A DNA stretch of 64,000 nt. Origin: Octopus sinensis (taxonomy: Eukaryota). The stretch's first letter is position 1; each line of letters begins with the position of its first letter. This document shows, in pieces, positions 1 to 13,270 of the stretch. The position numbers and the translations under genes were made by a program. The notes below the pieces were generated by a model that searched no databases, was not told the DNA's origin, and saw nothing but the letters and a program-made list of their open reading frames with translations. The stretch spans positions 40,796,001 through 40,860,000 of the forward strand of contig NC_043007.1 in assembly GCF_006345805.1 (NCBI RefSeq), in the 5' to 3' direction.

Positions 1-1188
1 TCATCAAACAATGCTATGAGGATAAAAATAAATCTCCTTTTCTATAATGTTATTCAATAAAGCCACCTTCAGCTTCCATAATTGCTTCTATATGAGATCT
101 AAATCATCTAAATGCTCGAATCAAGTGGTACTGGTTCATTTTGGACAATACTCTGACTATGGCAGATTTCAAAGAATCTTTGGTGTTATGAGCGTGTTCA
201 CTGGCCTCTCTCTCAACAACGCTCCACATGTAATAATCTAATTGATTGAGATCTGGGGAATTAGGAGGCTAAATGTTAGGGGTTATGGGATCATGAAAGT
301 TTTCAGCCAACCATTCCTGTGTTACTGGAGCCATGTGAGATAATGCAGAGTCTTACTAAAATACATATGGCCTTCTATTGAATACACTGTCTATCCAGGG
401 CTTAACAATTATTTCCAGGACCTCAATGTAGGCGGCAGAGTTAACTCTAAGGCCTTGTCGAAAGAAGTAAGGAGGCATCACATGTCCTTCATTACCGACA
501 ACCCCTAAAATCATGACAGTTGCAGGAAATTTTGTATGCATAACACTTGGAACTTCAGAAGGGTCTACACATAACCATCTGTCATTTCTTCTTAACTTCT
601 TGATCTTGGTCGAAGTTTTTCTCGTTTGAGAAAAAACAAATCAAATATTTTTCTGCAGACTTTTTCAGTTTGTTTAAGAGATTTTTAGATCTGATGTAGT
701 GATTTTCTTTCGATTTTTCGGACGAATTGACCTTTCCTCATCGTATAAGACTTATTTCTGGTGTCTTCGTGGTCAACATTTCTGACTGTTCCTTCTGACA
801 CATGGAGATCTTTTGTAATTAACCTCATGGGCTTCCTGGGATTGTAATCAATGGTCTGTTGAACTTGATGGATAAATTCAAGTGTTCTGATGATTTCAGA
901 ACGTTTAGAATGCCTTTATGCTTTTTAATACTTGGGATGCGTTCCCATCGTCAGTCTTTAGCTCCTTACAAACATTATAAACGAAAGATCTGGCAACTTT
1001 TAAAAATCGAGATATTTCTAAATCGCTATGCTCAGCCTCTATAACCACAATAACAGCATGTCACTTCATCTCTTGAGTAAAGCTGAGTGTCTGCCATTAT
1101 TATTTTCTGAAACAAAGATTATACAGAGTTAGCAATAATTGCAGCAATGATCCAAAAAGGTATGTCTTCAAATACCTTACGCACTCTG
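1..1188 (-). mobile_element. Degenerate Tc1/mariner-superfamily DNA transposon, DD37D (maT) type; other end lies outside the window
   Basis: Minus strand reads TKFPATVMILGVVGNEGHVMPPYFF...RPYVF, then DSALSH...PNSPDLNQLDYY, with 37 residues between the last two Asp (counted by hand). In-frame stops are present. A terminus-like end ...cactctg is followed by TA at 1189-1190. Confidence 0.8.
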
Positions 1189-1204
1189 TATACTGTTATA
1201 TCGA

Positions 1205-1915
1205 TACCAATGTTACTGCACATAATATATACTCCATGTTACGACTCCATGTTACGTTGCCGTTCCATACCATTTAACTATATGTCATCGATGGCGTTAC
1301 AAAGTGACCATGTCTTTGATGTTGTGGTTGATTTTCAAATTCTTTCAAGAATTTTGAGCCTTAAAATATTTATTTCACTTTTGCACAAGTTTCACTTTTA
1401 CTTTATCTTTCTCAAACCCTTCCAAATCTTGTCTAACATACAGCTTTGCCTCGTTTTATTGCCAACATTTTTATGAGCTTCCCTAGCCAAAATAAAAATA
1501 ATATCTCTGTTAAATTGTACTTAGGAGGCACAAGTTTCGGCCGTTTGCTGAATGCTTTTATCATTGTTGAATTCATATTGTGTTTAATGCGCAAAATCTT
1601 GCTCGTCCTTATTATTTTAAATTAATTTTTTATCAGACTGATGAAAAGCAACAATAATAAAACAAAGTGAAGAACAGATCGGCAATCGCTTTTGAATATT
1701 TCAGTTGAAATTCCTGTGAAATTGGCTTAAAGCCAACTCGTGTTGAATTCCGTAAGAAGTATCTGTTATTTCTCGATCGCTAATTTCAAGGAGTTCACCA
1801 TTCTTGGCTTACCAAAACTTTATGACTACTAATATTTTGATGAACCAGTCACGTTCTACGAAATTAAAGGTCCAATATTATATTCATTATTTTCCTGTCG
1901 TTGTACATTTCGACA
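1205..1915 (+). repeat. Intron-7 block of SLC22 gene A, paralogous to 63332-64000 in intron 7 of gene B
   Basis: Colinear similarity from taccaatgttactgcacata (1205 / 63332) to ttttcctgtcgttgt (about 1890 / 63986), in the equivalent intron of both genes. Confidence 0.8.
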
Positions 1916-2049
1916 TTCTTAATTGCAAGGTTAATAAACTGAACAATCAAGAAAAGGAATTAATATAATTAATATACACTTCTCCAAAATTCATGAACTC
2001 TGCTAATTTGTTTATTTTTTATATATTATTACTATTATTACTACTACAT

Positions 2050-5000
2050 AAATGTTCAATATTTGGTAGTTTCAGGCAAATTTCTAATGCATCGACTGCT
2101 GTACCTCCGTATTGCTGGGGCGTGTGCAGTATTGTATGTTCTTTTCTGTTGTTGGCAGTGCGCAAACTTTTCCCGGTATTGTATTACATTAGTTTTTTTT
2201 TTTTACTCTTGAGGTATGGTGCAGTCTTTTGTTGTATTACTGCTATATTGTGCGTTGAGTCTGTAATGCATTGGTTATTGGATTGCTGGTGGAAGTTTAT
2301 TTCACTGGCTGCATAATTGCTGTATAGTGTGTGTCTTGTGTTTGTGGGTTATTTTGTTTAGGTTGTATTACTGGATTGATAGTGTCTTGCGTAGGACGAG
2401 GGCTGTTCCTAGCAGGGCAATTCTTTGGATAGTGTGCAGTGTTGAGAATCCAGATTTAGCTTCTACGTTTTTGTTCACATGTTTATTTTTTATCAAACCC
2501 AATAGTCCAGTTATTACTTGTATTGTTTTCACCTTCATACCCCACATCTTGAATACTTCAATTTCGAGATCTGTGTATTTTGATAATTTCTCCACTTCTT
2601 TTTGAACAATATTTTGGTCAGAAAGTTTTTTTTTTTAATTATATTTGATTATTATGTCTGGGAGATTAGTTTTTATTGCTTTGTCGGTTTGAACAAGCAT
2701 ATCCCAGATGATTGTGGCCTGAAAGTTGTATTTTCCTTTATTTGATACATATTTATAGCATTTATCGTCAGTTTTTTATGTCATAGTTTTGGCACACTAT
2801 CCAGTGAATACAACTGCTTACTCGGTCGCGTATGTTTATATATTCAGCAGTTTTGGCAAGGAATATACAACCAGAGATGATGTGGTCAACTGTCTCATTG
2901 TACTGGTTGCCCATTCTGTGTTTGGTGTTAGGAAATGTTTTTATTAATTTGCTTTTATAGTTGTTCTCAGATAGACGTTGATCTTGTGGAACGAGCAATA
3001 TACCTTCCATACCAGTTTTTAGTCCAGAGCTTTTGAGCTATTGTTGGCTTTTATTTAGGCTCACTTCTTCTCTATCAAGCTTTGCAGGGTACTGAGCATG
3101 GAGTGATTTTGTCTCCATTTATTCTTTAGTCTGTTTTGTAGTGCTGTTTTCATGTTGTTTTTATTCTCTTCGGCCATTTCTGATATGTTATCATCTAATG
3201 TCATTGTTTCAGTGTAGTTTGCTTTGTATTTTGTCGCCTCCTTGTGTATAGAGAAAAGGGTTTTCCTTTGCTCGTGTTGCTTTATTACATGTAGTAGTCT
3301 TCCACTTTTTGTTTCTAAGTACATTTCTAGTCCAACTGTTATTTGGCCATGGCCTCCTTCTGAGAGGGGTACACATATTCTGTTTGCGTCTGCTTGGAGT
3401 GTGGTTACTTCGGTATGCTCTTAGTAGTTTTCTGGTTTTTCTATCTAAGTTTTTCAAATCACTCATCTTCCAATTTATTATGTTGAAGCTGTTATATATG
3501 ACTGGTAAGACTAACGTATTATCCCTATCATCTTACTTTTAGCATTGAGTTCAGAGTTTAATATTAGTCTAACTCTCCTGTAGTACTCTCCTCTAATTTT
3601 CTCTTTCATTTCTGTATGTTGTATATACGCTGTTTCGTCTTATGGGTGATTGTGGTCTAATTCTCTGATATCTATCTCTATGACGAGTTCAGAGTTTTCA
3701 GTCCTGATTAATTTGTTTCTTCTCAATGTCACTTCGGCACATTTACCCAGCCCTATGCTCGCACCGATTTTCTTGCTGAAAGTATGGATATTTTTTAGAA
3801 GGTTTCTTTGTTCCGTGGTATTTTTAGTGAAAATTTTAAAGTCTTCCATGTTTATTTTTTGTCCATAGCACCAATTAAAACTTGTTAAATAAAACCACCC
3901 ATGGTGCTTTCATATAACAAGTTAGCGGGGCCAGAGAAAGGTAGAAAAGCAGGAATGAACAGCGTGTCTGTCTGGAAAGTAACCCTTCTTAAGAGTATAG
4001 GGCAGGTTATAATGAGTGGCGTTCATTTTTTTCAATGTTATACTGGAATTTCAGTTTGCCATTGCATGTTTCATATATTTTACTTAAGTTAGAGCAACAT
4101 TATTTATATGAAGAGATTCCAGTAACCATGAGTGATGCCACATTGTCGAATGCTTTCTGGTAATCAATAAAAGTCATGTTCAGGTTTGTCTTTCTCCTCT
4201 TACAGTCCTTTAAAATGGCTCGGTTTACTAGAAGTTGCTCCTTTTAACCATACATCCCTCTATACACCCCTTTTGTTCTTTTTGTAAAACATTGTTGTTT
4301 TCCAGGTGTATTATAAACCGGTTATAGATGACTGTTGTGAGGATTTTTTACGATGCTGATAGGCATGTTATTGACCTATAATTTTGTGGTTGTACGGTGT
4401 CTTTGTTTTTGTGAATTAGGGTGGTTTGACCATCAGCATCCAGTTTAGTGTTGATTCTGGTTTTCATATTCATAAATTTAATGCTGCCATTATTTGAGAG
4501 TGCGTACTGGTAAGGTATTTCAACCAGAAATTGGGGACTTGTATATCTCTGGAATTTTCCAGTTGATAGCACTCTCAGCCTGTGATGGTGGGCCATACCT
4601 GTGGTACTATTTTGTTCTTCCTTTCTTTTTCCCTATTTATCCGCTGAAGATTTTTGTGCTTTTCTTGTGTGCTCCATGTTCCTTCTCAGTATGACTCAAT
4701 CGCTGATATTGCTGGCATGTCACCTATTGATATAATTTTTGTTGTTTAAGTTTCTGTAAAATCTCGTATTTATTTTAAATTCCCTGTTTTCTTCGAAGAA
4801 GCGTTCCATTATTCGTACCGTTGAATGCGGCAAATTCTTGCTGCTATATCCTGATTAATTTTTTCTTTTATCTCTCTTTTATGTTGAATTGTTTTGTTAT
4901 ATGGCTCTTTTTTTTATTTTTCAAATTTGATCCCTCATTCACTAATCTACAAATTAGTAATGAGTCTTTTGCTTTTTAATATCATTTATTATACTCTGTT

Positions 5001-5335
5001 TCCATTTTGGGATTTGGAATTTGCCTGGGTACTTTTCATCTTCGTGAGGACCAAGTCAAGTTCCCCTGAATATCACTAAGTTGTTGAGTAGATCAATTCG
5101 TTTAGTTTGTTGATATTTTGTGTATCATTTGAAGTGGTCATTGTTACTTGTAGGGCTTTGTTGTTTCCCTTCATCCTTTCATAGAACTGTTTATATTTTT
5201 GTAGCCTTGGGAGACGTTCATGCTGATTCATATTTATCGACTTGGTGATGTTCATTTCTTCTATTTTTGTTATTTCTTCAGTCGGTTCGTCCCCATACTC
5301 AGTTATAATTAATCTCTTATGGTGCATGTTATTTT
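2050..5335 (-). mobile_element. Degenerate R4/Dong-like non-LTR retrotransposon (RT plus restriction-like endonuclease), copy 1
   Basis: ORF pieces include EKLSKYTDLEIEVFKMW...IALLGTALVLRKTLSIQ (RLE C-terminus), ETVDHIISGC (CCHC region), RT-domain fragments and INKLNELIY (N-terminal region). Many frameshifts. TAA-type repeats at both ends. Confidence 0.85.
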
Positions 5336-5336
5336 G

Positions 5337-5337
<1 letters not shown>

Positions 5338-5395
<58 letters not shown>

Positions 5396-5402
5396 CATTA
5401 TT

Positions 5403-5480
<78 letters not shown>
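5338..5480. repeat. (TTA)n microsatellite
   Basis: Direct reading of the sequence. Confidence 0.95.
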
Positions 5481-5482
<2 letters not shown>

Positions 5483-5506
5483 ATCATCATCATCATTATA
5501 GTTATT

Positions 5507-6153
5507 AAGGCGGTGAGGTGACAGAACCGTTAGCACGCTGGAAAAAATGCTTAGCAGTATTTCGTCTGCCGCTACGTTCTGAGTTCAAATTCCGCCGAGG
5601 TCTACTTTGCCTTTTATCCTTTCGGGGTCGATTAAACAAGTACCAGTTACGCACTGGGGTCGATATAATCGACTTAATCCGTTTGTCTGTTCTTGTTTGT
5701 CCTCTCAGTGTTTATCCCCTTGTGGGTAGTAAAGAAATAGGTATTTCGTCAGCCGCCGCTTTCTACGTTTAAATTCAACCGAGGTCGACTTTACCTTTCA
5801 TCCTTCGATAAATTAAGTACCAGTTGAATACTGAGATCGATAAAATTGACTATCCCCCTCCCTCAAAATTCAAGCCTTGTGCCTATAATAGAAAGGATTA
5901 TTATTATTATTATTATTAATTATTATTATTATTATTATAAATTCGGTGAGCTGGCAGATTCGTTAGCACGTTGGACGAAATGCCTAGTGATATTTCTCCC
6001 GTCGCTACGTTCTGAGTTTAAATTACGCCAAGGTCAACTTTCATCGTTTCGGGGTCTGTAAATTAAGTACCAGCGAAACTCTAGTGTCAGAGTTATCGAC
6101 TAGTACACTTCCCCACGTTTCAGGCCTTGCGCCTATAGTGGAAAGGATTATTA

Positions 6154-6198
<45 letters not shown>

Positions 6199-6895
6199 AG
6201 CGGTGAGCTGGCAGAATCGTTAGCACGCAGGGAGAAATGCTTAGCGGTATTTTGTCCATCTTCACGTACTGAATTCAAAATTACGCCGAGGTCGACTTTC
6301 ATCGTTTCCAGGTCGATAAGTATCAATGTCGATAAGTACCAGTGAAACACTGGAGTCGACGTAATTGCCTAGTCCATTCTCCAATATTTCAGGTCTTAGG
6401 CCTGTAGTAGAAAGGATTTTTATTATCATTATTATTATTATTCTTAAGGCAGCGAGCTTGCAGAATCATTAGCATTCCGAGCGATCTGACGCTACGTTCT
6501 GAGTTCAAATTCCATCGAGGTCGACTTTGCCTTTCATCCTTTTGGGGGTCGATTAAATATGTACCAGTTAAGTACTGGGGTCGATGTCCTCGACTTAATC
6601 CCTTCCACTAAATTTCAGGCCTTGTGCCTACAGTAGAAAGGATTATTATTATTATTATTATTATTATTATGGTGGTGGTGGTGGTGGTGGCGAACTGGCA
6701 GAATCGCAAGCACACCGGGAAAAATGCTTAGCGGTGTTTCTTCCGTCTTCAAGTTTTAAGTTCAAATCCCACCGAGGTCGACTTTGCATTTCATTCTTTC
6801 GGGTTCGATAAATTAAGTACCAGTGAAACACTAGAGTCGATGTAATCGACTTATTCCCTCCCCTAAAATCGCTGCTCTTGTGGCAAAATTTGAAA
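5507..6895 (+). mobile_element. Head-to-tail cluster of six tRNA-derived SINE copies (family B) separated by (TTA)n
   Basis: Recurrent ggcg(g/a)gctggcagaa..gttagcac...gagttcaaattcc (B-box-like)...gaggtcgactttgcc...aagtaccag at about 5507, 5750 (partial), 5943, 6198, 6447 and 6688. Confidence 0.85.
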
Positions 6896-6919
6896 CCATT
6901 ATTATCATTATTATTTCAG

Positions 6920-7040
6920 AGGGTAGTAACACAATGGAATGTGTCATTCTCGCGTTGTATTGTTTGGCAGTTGCTGGACTGAATGCTGCCTCCTCTGGTG
7001 ATTACATTTACACCTCAGAACTATATCCTACAAAAATAAG
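6920..7040 (+). CDS. SLC22-family transporter gene A, third-last coding exon (exon 8 equivalent)
   Basis: ttcag|ag acceptor and ag|gtac donor. Encodes GSNTMECVILALYCLAVAGLNAASSGDYIYTSELYPTKIR, containing the SLC22 YTxELYPTxxR motif. The phase matches the end of exon 7 of gene B. Confidence 0.9.
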
Positions 7041-7643
7041 GTACGGATCTACTGGTAATAAATGTTTCTGTAGATATGACAAGAGACCTACCTCTGTTTT
7101 TGCATGGCTGACGACATAGTAAATACATTTGAAATTTGAAATTCGAAATGGAACTAATATTTAGCAGACACTCTAATTCGTGTTGGAATCAATGTATACC
7201 TTTCCATACTTTGAATACTAGTTTGAAACTAGTTTTATTTTAACTATTAGTAAATTGCTTATCAATATTTTCAAACCGCATATAGTCTATTACTTCATTT
7301 CTTTTCCTGTAAAACTTTGATTTTATCGATTTGAAATTTGAAGCTAAAATACTATAAAGTCATTCTCGAATTGAGAGAAATGATATCAAAATGAGGGAAA
7401 TTTCAATTAGTTAATTTCATTGTTGAAATTTCTTTAGTGTTTGGAAACTGAACTGATAGTCAGAGAAGACGCAATGTAATCATTGCTTCATTTGAAAGCA
7501 AACTAAACAAACGAGGTATTATTTTCTAAAGAAGTTTGCCCATTATTGTACCTTTTTTAACATTTACAAGTGTATGACATAATTATTGATTTATATGTTT
7601 TAACTAAACATTGTCTCTAATCGTAAATTTCTTGTAATTGTAG

Positions 7644-7716
7644 AAGTATTGGAATTGGTTTTGCTACAACTTTCATGCGGACTGTATGCTTGGCATCACC
7701 TTTCCTCAAACTCCTG
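7644..7716 (+). CDS. SLC22 gene A, penultimate coding exon
   Basis: tag|a acceptor and ctg|gtaag donor. Encodes (R)SIGIGFATTFMRTVCLASPFLKLL (TM11). Confidence 0.9.
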
Positions 7717-7779
7717 GTAAGTAAATGTTCATTCTATGGAATCTAAACTACGGAATATTCAACTACAAGCACTTAATTA

Positions 7780-9947
7780 CAGAACCCAACAAATTAGAAA
7801 AATAAAATTTATTTAGCAAAAAATAATTTGGGTGATTTTAGTTAATCGTATGGTGCTCTTTAAGAATATGGAGCCATATCTCTCGATCACATCTAGATCT
7901 TGATCTACAAGATACCACCTATATACTAAACTTACGTGCAGTACTCAAGGGGTCTTTCTTGTCTTTTAAAATTGACCTTGATTGTTCTTTTTGTGACTAG
8001 TTGTAATGACAAGCTGTAATGAAAGAAACGTAAAATAGATAAAACACTATTTTAAAACACTTGATTTAAATGTGCCTTTTAGACGTCATTGTGACTTTAT
8101 CTAATTGGATAAAGTAGACTGCTATTTTTTTTATTTCTCTAATTTGTTTCAATTTTCGTGGCTTCAAGACGTGTATGTTGCAATGACCAAATAATCACTT
8201 TTACTATATCAGTAGGAATATGCATTCGAGGACATCAGACCACTCACACAAGCAAGACACGAAGCTCACTTGTGAAACATGGAGACCAAGATAAATGTTT
8301 TGCTGCAAGTATTGCAGTGATCAGCTTTCTTTGTGATCTGATCGCTAGATGAAGCAAATGTCATTTGCCACACCAATAGAATGGCAACAACAAACCAACA
8401 ATTCGTTTCGTTGCTATTTTTGCATTATTAATGTTAAGGTGTAGCATGTGCCCTAATTTGCAATGTACTATAAGACCGTAGCCGCATGGCGATGGAATTT
8501 TTCTTGTTTCAAGCAATCAACCACTGACTGAGTCAGATGATGACTGCAATGACGAAACTGGGCGGGAAAATCAAATGGATGACATGGAATTCGAAAATTC
8601 ACTTAATGCTCTAAACTAAATCAAGAACAACTGAATCATTTCGTTTAAAAGTTTGAACTTTCCAAGAATAAGGCTTACCTGACTGGGACAATGCTCAAAG
8701 AATTTGGTGTTTTTGCCTAAGTAACCAAAAATAACCCAGCGTATTAGCACCAAGAAAAGAAATTCATCGAATTTTTCCTCGCACATGGTGAACTGGATTT
8801 GGCTTATTGCAAGAACAGTATTGATTTGATGAGGGTACTGGAAATTTCCTCTGATGTCAAGATAGATTGATGGTTATTCATTGATGGCACTGCTTCCAGC
8901 ATAGAGGCAGGGATTTTACATGTTGGGAATGAGTATTCAGGGATTCCAGTGGGTTCTTCGAAGAAGGCAAAGAAGAGTCATGTGATACTAAAAAAACTGA
9001 AACGCAGTGGGATTACATATAGATTTTCTGTTACTTGTGTCTATGAGACAGCCGAGCTCGAAATAAGCGCTACAGTCAGCATAATAGTTCAACGTGTCAT
9101 GAATGGAGACCTGGGAACAAAAACGTAGCATTCATACAAATAGTTTCACCTGAGCCAATTGTGCTATCACCACTATATATAAAACGTGGAATCTTCAAAG
9201 ATTTTGTGAAGCCACTGGAGAGTGAGGGCCAATGAATCAAGTGGCTCAAATATATCTTCCCTCAGTTAAGCGAAGCAATGATTAAAGAAGACGTGTTCGT
9301 TAGATCAGACACTCGCAAATTGATGAAGAATCAGATGTTCAGAGATTCATTGGATGGAATTGAACAATAAAATTATGATCCTGTGTTAAGGGTTGTCGAA
9401 AACATTCTAGGAAAAGAACCGGAGCCCGAATTACAAGGCAATCCTAACTGACCTTCTGGATTCATTCAAGGGTGCCATGGTGTCAAAATGCTATTAAAAA
9501 TACACTTGAATTTCATTCTTTTGAACAAGGGCAACACCAGTGATAAACATCGTGAAAGATTTCATCAAGTGATCACTACTACTGTAACAATGAACCAAAT
9601 GCAAATCGATCCCGCATGATGGCAGACTATTGCTGGCTTCACTCTTCTACACCTCCATGCTAGTGATCTTGGTAATGAGCTTAAGGTTGTAACATTTTCT
9701 GGTAATTTTTTTCCAAATGTATATTGTTATTTTAACAATGATTAATTGTAGTTTAATAGATTAATAAATTATTACAAGGTTCGCAAGGCTTGACACATTT
9801 GCTGTATATGTGGTATATGTGGGATATCTTGTAGATCAAAATGTAGACATGGTGGAGCGAAACGGATTTCATTTTCATAAACAACACTCTAAAATTAAAG
9901 AGTATCACCTAAAGTAATGTTTGCTAAAACATTAGCGTCATGCTGTG
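7780..9947 (+). mobile_element. Degenerate Chapaev3-like (CMC) DNA transposon in intron 9 of gene A; boundaries approximate
   Basis: Frameshifted fragments resemble RRVCCND..., HGDQDK, MSFATPIEWQQ...CYF, SDKHRERFHQ and MMADYCW. Homologous to the copy at 31716-33912. Family name is from recall of Chapaev3 motifs. Confidence 0.6.
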
Positions 9948-10641
9948 TTATTAACATTCTTATCAATGACTTTCATTAAACAACACATTTCATTACATGT
10001 GTGTAAGCGTATGTTTGTGTATGTGTGTGTATGTGAGAGAGAGAGGGGGAGTATGTCCCTAATCAGTCTATTAATTTGCATGTCTGTTTGAGTTATGAAT
10101 TATGCATCTGTACCGCACATTACCGTAGTGCTTAGAACAATTATCCTGTTAATGCATAATACTGTGCATGAAATATTCTCCCAGATTTCTGTAAAAGAGT
10201 CTACTTAGATTTATTCAGGTTATGCTAGTCAAATTCATATAAGACTTCATTTCAATACAAAAGTTTCTTTCTCTCTTCAACATACTTCCTTGCTTATTGT
10301 AACCTTATTTTTTTTTAAGTAATTGTCTTTCTCTTGACCAGTCACCCCTCCTCATTTGTATAAAAACATTTTGTAGCAGTCTTTGTTTTTCTTTTGCGGA
10401 AGACGTTTTCTTTTTCTAAATCGTCATCTCGGAGTAAGCTTCCCTCTTCATAATTAAATCTTTATTTTCATATGAAATGGAGCCATTTTGATTAGTCAAT
10501 TTATATAGCTTATACTTTACATACATTTCCATTGGATGAGATCATATTCTTTCCTGGACCATTGTTGGTCGGATTGTTATTTCTTTCTATCGATGAATAT
10601 ATTTTTATAATTTCACTAATGTACTAATTTTCTATGTCCAG

Positions 10642-10824
10642 GCTTTGGCAGTTCCGTGGGCTCCTGGAATTATCATAGGAAGCGGATGTGTGATTTCATC
10701 AATTTTGGTCCATGTATTTTTACCAGAAACGGGAGATAGTGTCCTACCAGAGACAATCGAGGATGTGAACATGATGGGGAAGAAAAATAGAAAGAAGAAT
10801 ATAAAAATTCATACTATATCATAA
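10642..10824 (+). CDS. SLC22 gene A, last coding exon
   Basis: ccag|gct acceptor. Encodes ALAVPWAPGIIIGSGCVISSILVHVFLPETGDSVLPETIEDVNMMGKKNRKKNIKIHTIS*, with the LPET...LPETIED motif. TAA at 10822-10824. Confidence 0.92.
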   Translation, partial: ALAVPWAPGIIIGSGCVISSILVHVFLPETGDSVLPETIEDVNMMGKKNRKKNIKIHTIS

Positions 10825-12005
10825 AGAGAATATGATTATCTCAATAACTTGCGGTTTCAGTTAGCAAGATTACATTTATTACAAATTCAAAATCCGTAGT
10901 ATATGTTGATGTGATGAGTGTCTGCATATATATATGTACATATGTTACGTTATATTATATCATATTATATTATATTATATTATATTATATTATATTATAT
11001 TATATTATATTATATTATATTATTATATTATATCATATTATATATTGCATATCATATCTAAAAACGCTGCGAATTAGTTTCTTATGCGATTAGGTGGTGA
11101 CGGGCAAATCATAATAGATTTTTAATATAATGATATATGAGAATTTCTCTCCTTTATCTAGAATGTTTATCACTCTGCCACGTGAGTGAGCTTACAATAC
11201 CGTGAAATTTAGAGTCCTGGTAAATTATCAGATTCAGATGAAAAAAATAATTTACACTTTTACTTAGATCGGAAGGGCCCACACAAAAGTCTTCAAAGAG
11301 AATAGGGAGACGACGTAGTTAAACGATTTGAGCCAAAATGGAAAAGCATTTAGCAATGCTATCCGCAAAACTGTTTGGTTCACCCATCATTTACAATTCC
11401 TTCGTGAAAACTAATATCAGAAAAAAAACCCTGCTTATTCAGAGTCCAGCATTTTCTATGCAACCACCCAGATAAACAATCTTCAACTTGGGCTGCTTGA
11501 AAACGAACGACTACCAACACATTAGATGCATATCCGTCAGTAAGGTGACGAAGTCTGTAGTTAATAAGTGCACTTGAATAGACAAAACATTCAAACTTAC
11601 TCAATCGGTAGCGATAATGTATGCAGTAAATGTCTAACATAAATACAAAATCAAGAAAATAAAAATTAAAATATAAAATTAAATGGCCAAAAGATCTTTA
11701 AAAACTACTTGTCAGCCCGTTATCGCCCCGATAGTGAAAAGTAACTAAAGAAGTAGAGACAGAAACAGAGAAATATAATATATCAGAGAAAAATGCAGGA
11801 ACGCAATGCGTAACCTATCGGTTACACTGTTTGAGGGAAACTAAAACAACAAACGAAGTGGGAGTGATTGACTGTCAGTTACGTTAAAAGTGACAGAACA
11901 GTAGTGAGAGATTTATTCTGAATTCACTGTGCAAATTTTTATCGTAAATAATATTTGCTTTAACAATTTTATATCCACCCTCACTCACACATATATATAA
12001 ATAAA
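10825..12005 (+). repeat. 3' flank block A of gene A, paralogous to 34111-36070
   Basis: Colinear matches include gattacattt(a/c)ttacaaattcaaaat, ggagacgac.tagttaaacgatttgagccaaaa, atggccaaaagatcttta and aataatatttg.tttaacaattttatat. Confidence 0.85.
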
Positions 12006-12060
12006 TACATATGAGATTATTAACAATTTTGTTATCAAAATATCCTTCACGTAACATATA

Positions 12061-12880
12061 TTGGGTCATCCCATAAACACTGCGGTTTGTTTTACTTCTT
12101 TCAATTTTCAAAACTAAGATAAAGTTATTTTCTAAATCTGAAATATACTCTCCTTCATTTCCTACAATGCTCTTCAACCTATCTGGTAGACTTGCTGTTC
12201 CCATCTACCAAATTTCACTTGTCTGTGACGAAAAGAACTCTTACAGTACTGTGCTGACCTCGTCTACAGACTTCATATTTTTTCCGTTCAAATGACTTTG
12301 AAGAGTGTGGAATAAATGATAATCAGATGAGGCAATGCCCGGTGAATATGGTGGGTGGGGCATCGCTTCCTATTCAAACTCTTCCAGCCTTTGGAGTGTC
12401 ATCCGTGCTGCATGTGGCCAACCATTACCCTGATGGATGAACACCTTTCGTCTTGAAGCCAAAGATGGTTGCTTTAGTGTTGATCAATAGTTGAATGACC
12501 AAATCCAAGCTTCTCTGCGAGCCCATCAAAAGTTACGATGGAGCTTTTTCCATCAGGGTTTGCAAGACGTCCTCGTCGACCTCTACAAATCTTCTAGGAT
12601 GAAGCTCGTCTTCTAGACTGTAATTTCAGACTATGAATTTCTGGAACCCCCGTTAACACTGGTTTACGCTTGTTCGATCCCCAAATACTGCATTAATTTT
12701 CCTCGCACTTTCCGTTGCATTGTTGCCTTTATTGAACTCATAAAGCAAAGAATATGCTCGTTTGTCATTTCCATTATGGCTTTGAAAAATAATTGTTAAA
12801 GTCGAACTTCACATTACAAAGGCTGTCTTTACTTTCGAGACAGTACTTATTAATACATTAAACATTTCGGGTGTTTTCGT
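12061..12880 (-). mobile_element. Degenerate mariner fragment
   Basis: TA|ttgggtcatcccataa terminus at 12061. The minus strand of about 12450-12780 resembles a mariner N-terminus (YEFNKGNNATESARKINAVFGDR, SLEDE...VDEDVLQ). Confidence 0.65.
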
Positions 12881-13219
12881 TACGCCAGCGCCTGCCATAC
12901 GATCACCAACAATTCGACCTCTTTGAAAGTCCGATAGATCTATGGTTTAAAGGAATTTTAATTACCTTTTTCTGATGATATCTGAAACGAAATAGCAATT
13001 TTAGCAAAATATATTAAGCAACACTAGTAATAAATAAAAATAAACATAAAAGTAAACAAGCTTTTGACGGTTTTATAGATATTTCAAAATTATTCTATGA
13101 TGTTAGGTGCTTCCATTATTTTGTCCGAGCCTTATATATATATATATATATAATATATATATATATATTATATATATATATATTATATATATATATATAA
13201 TATATATGTATATAAAGAG

Positions 13220-13270
<51 letters not shown>

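Noticed and set aside
1630-1712. CTGATGA...GCTTTTGAA motif (also about 63737) resembling a hammerhead
   Set aside because: GAAU instead of GAAA, and no stem I or III geometry.
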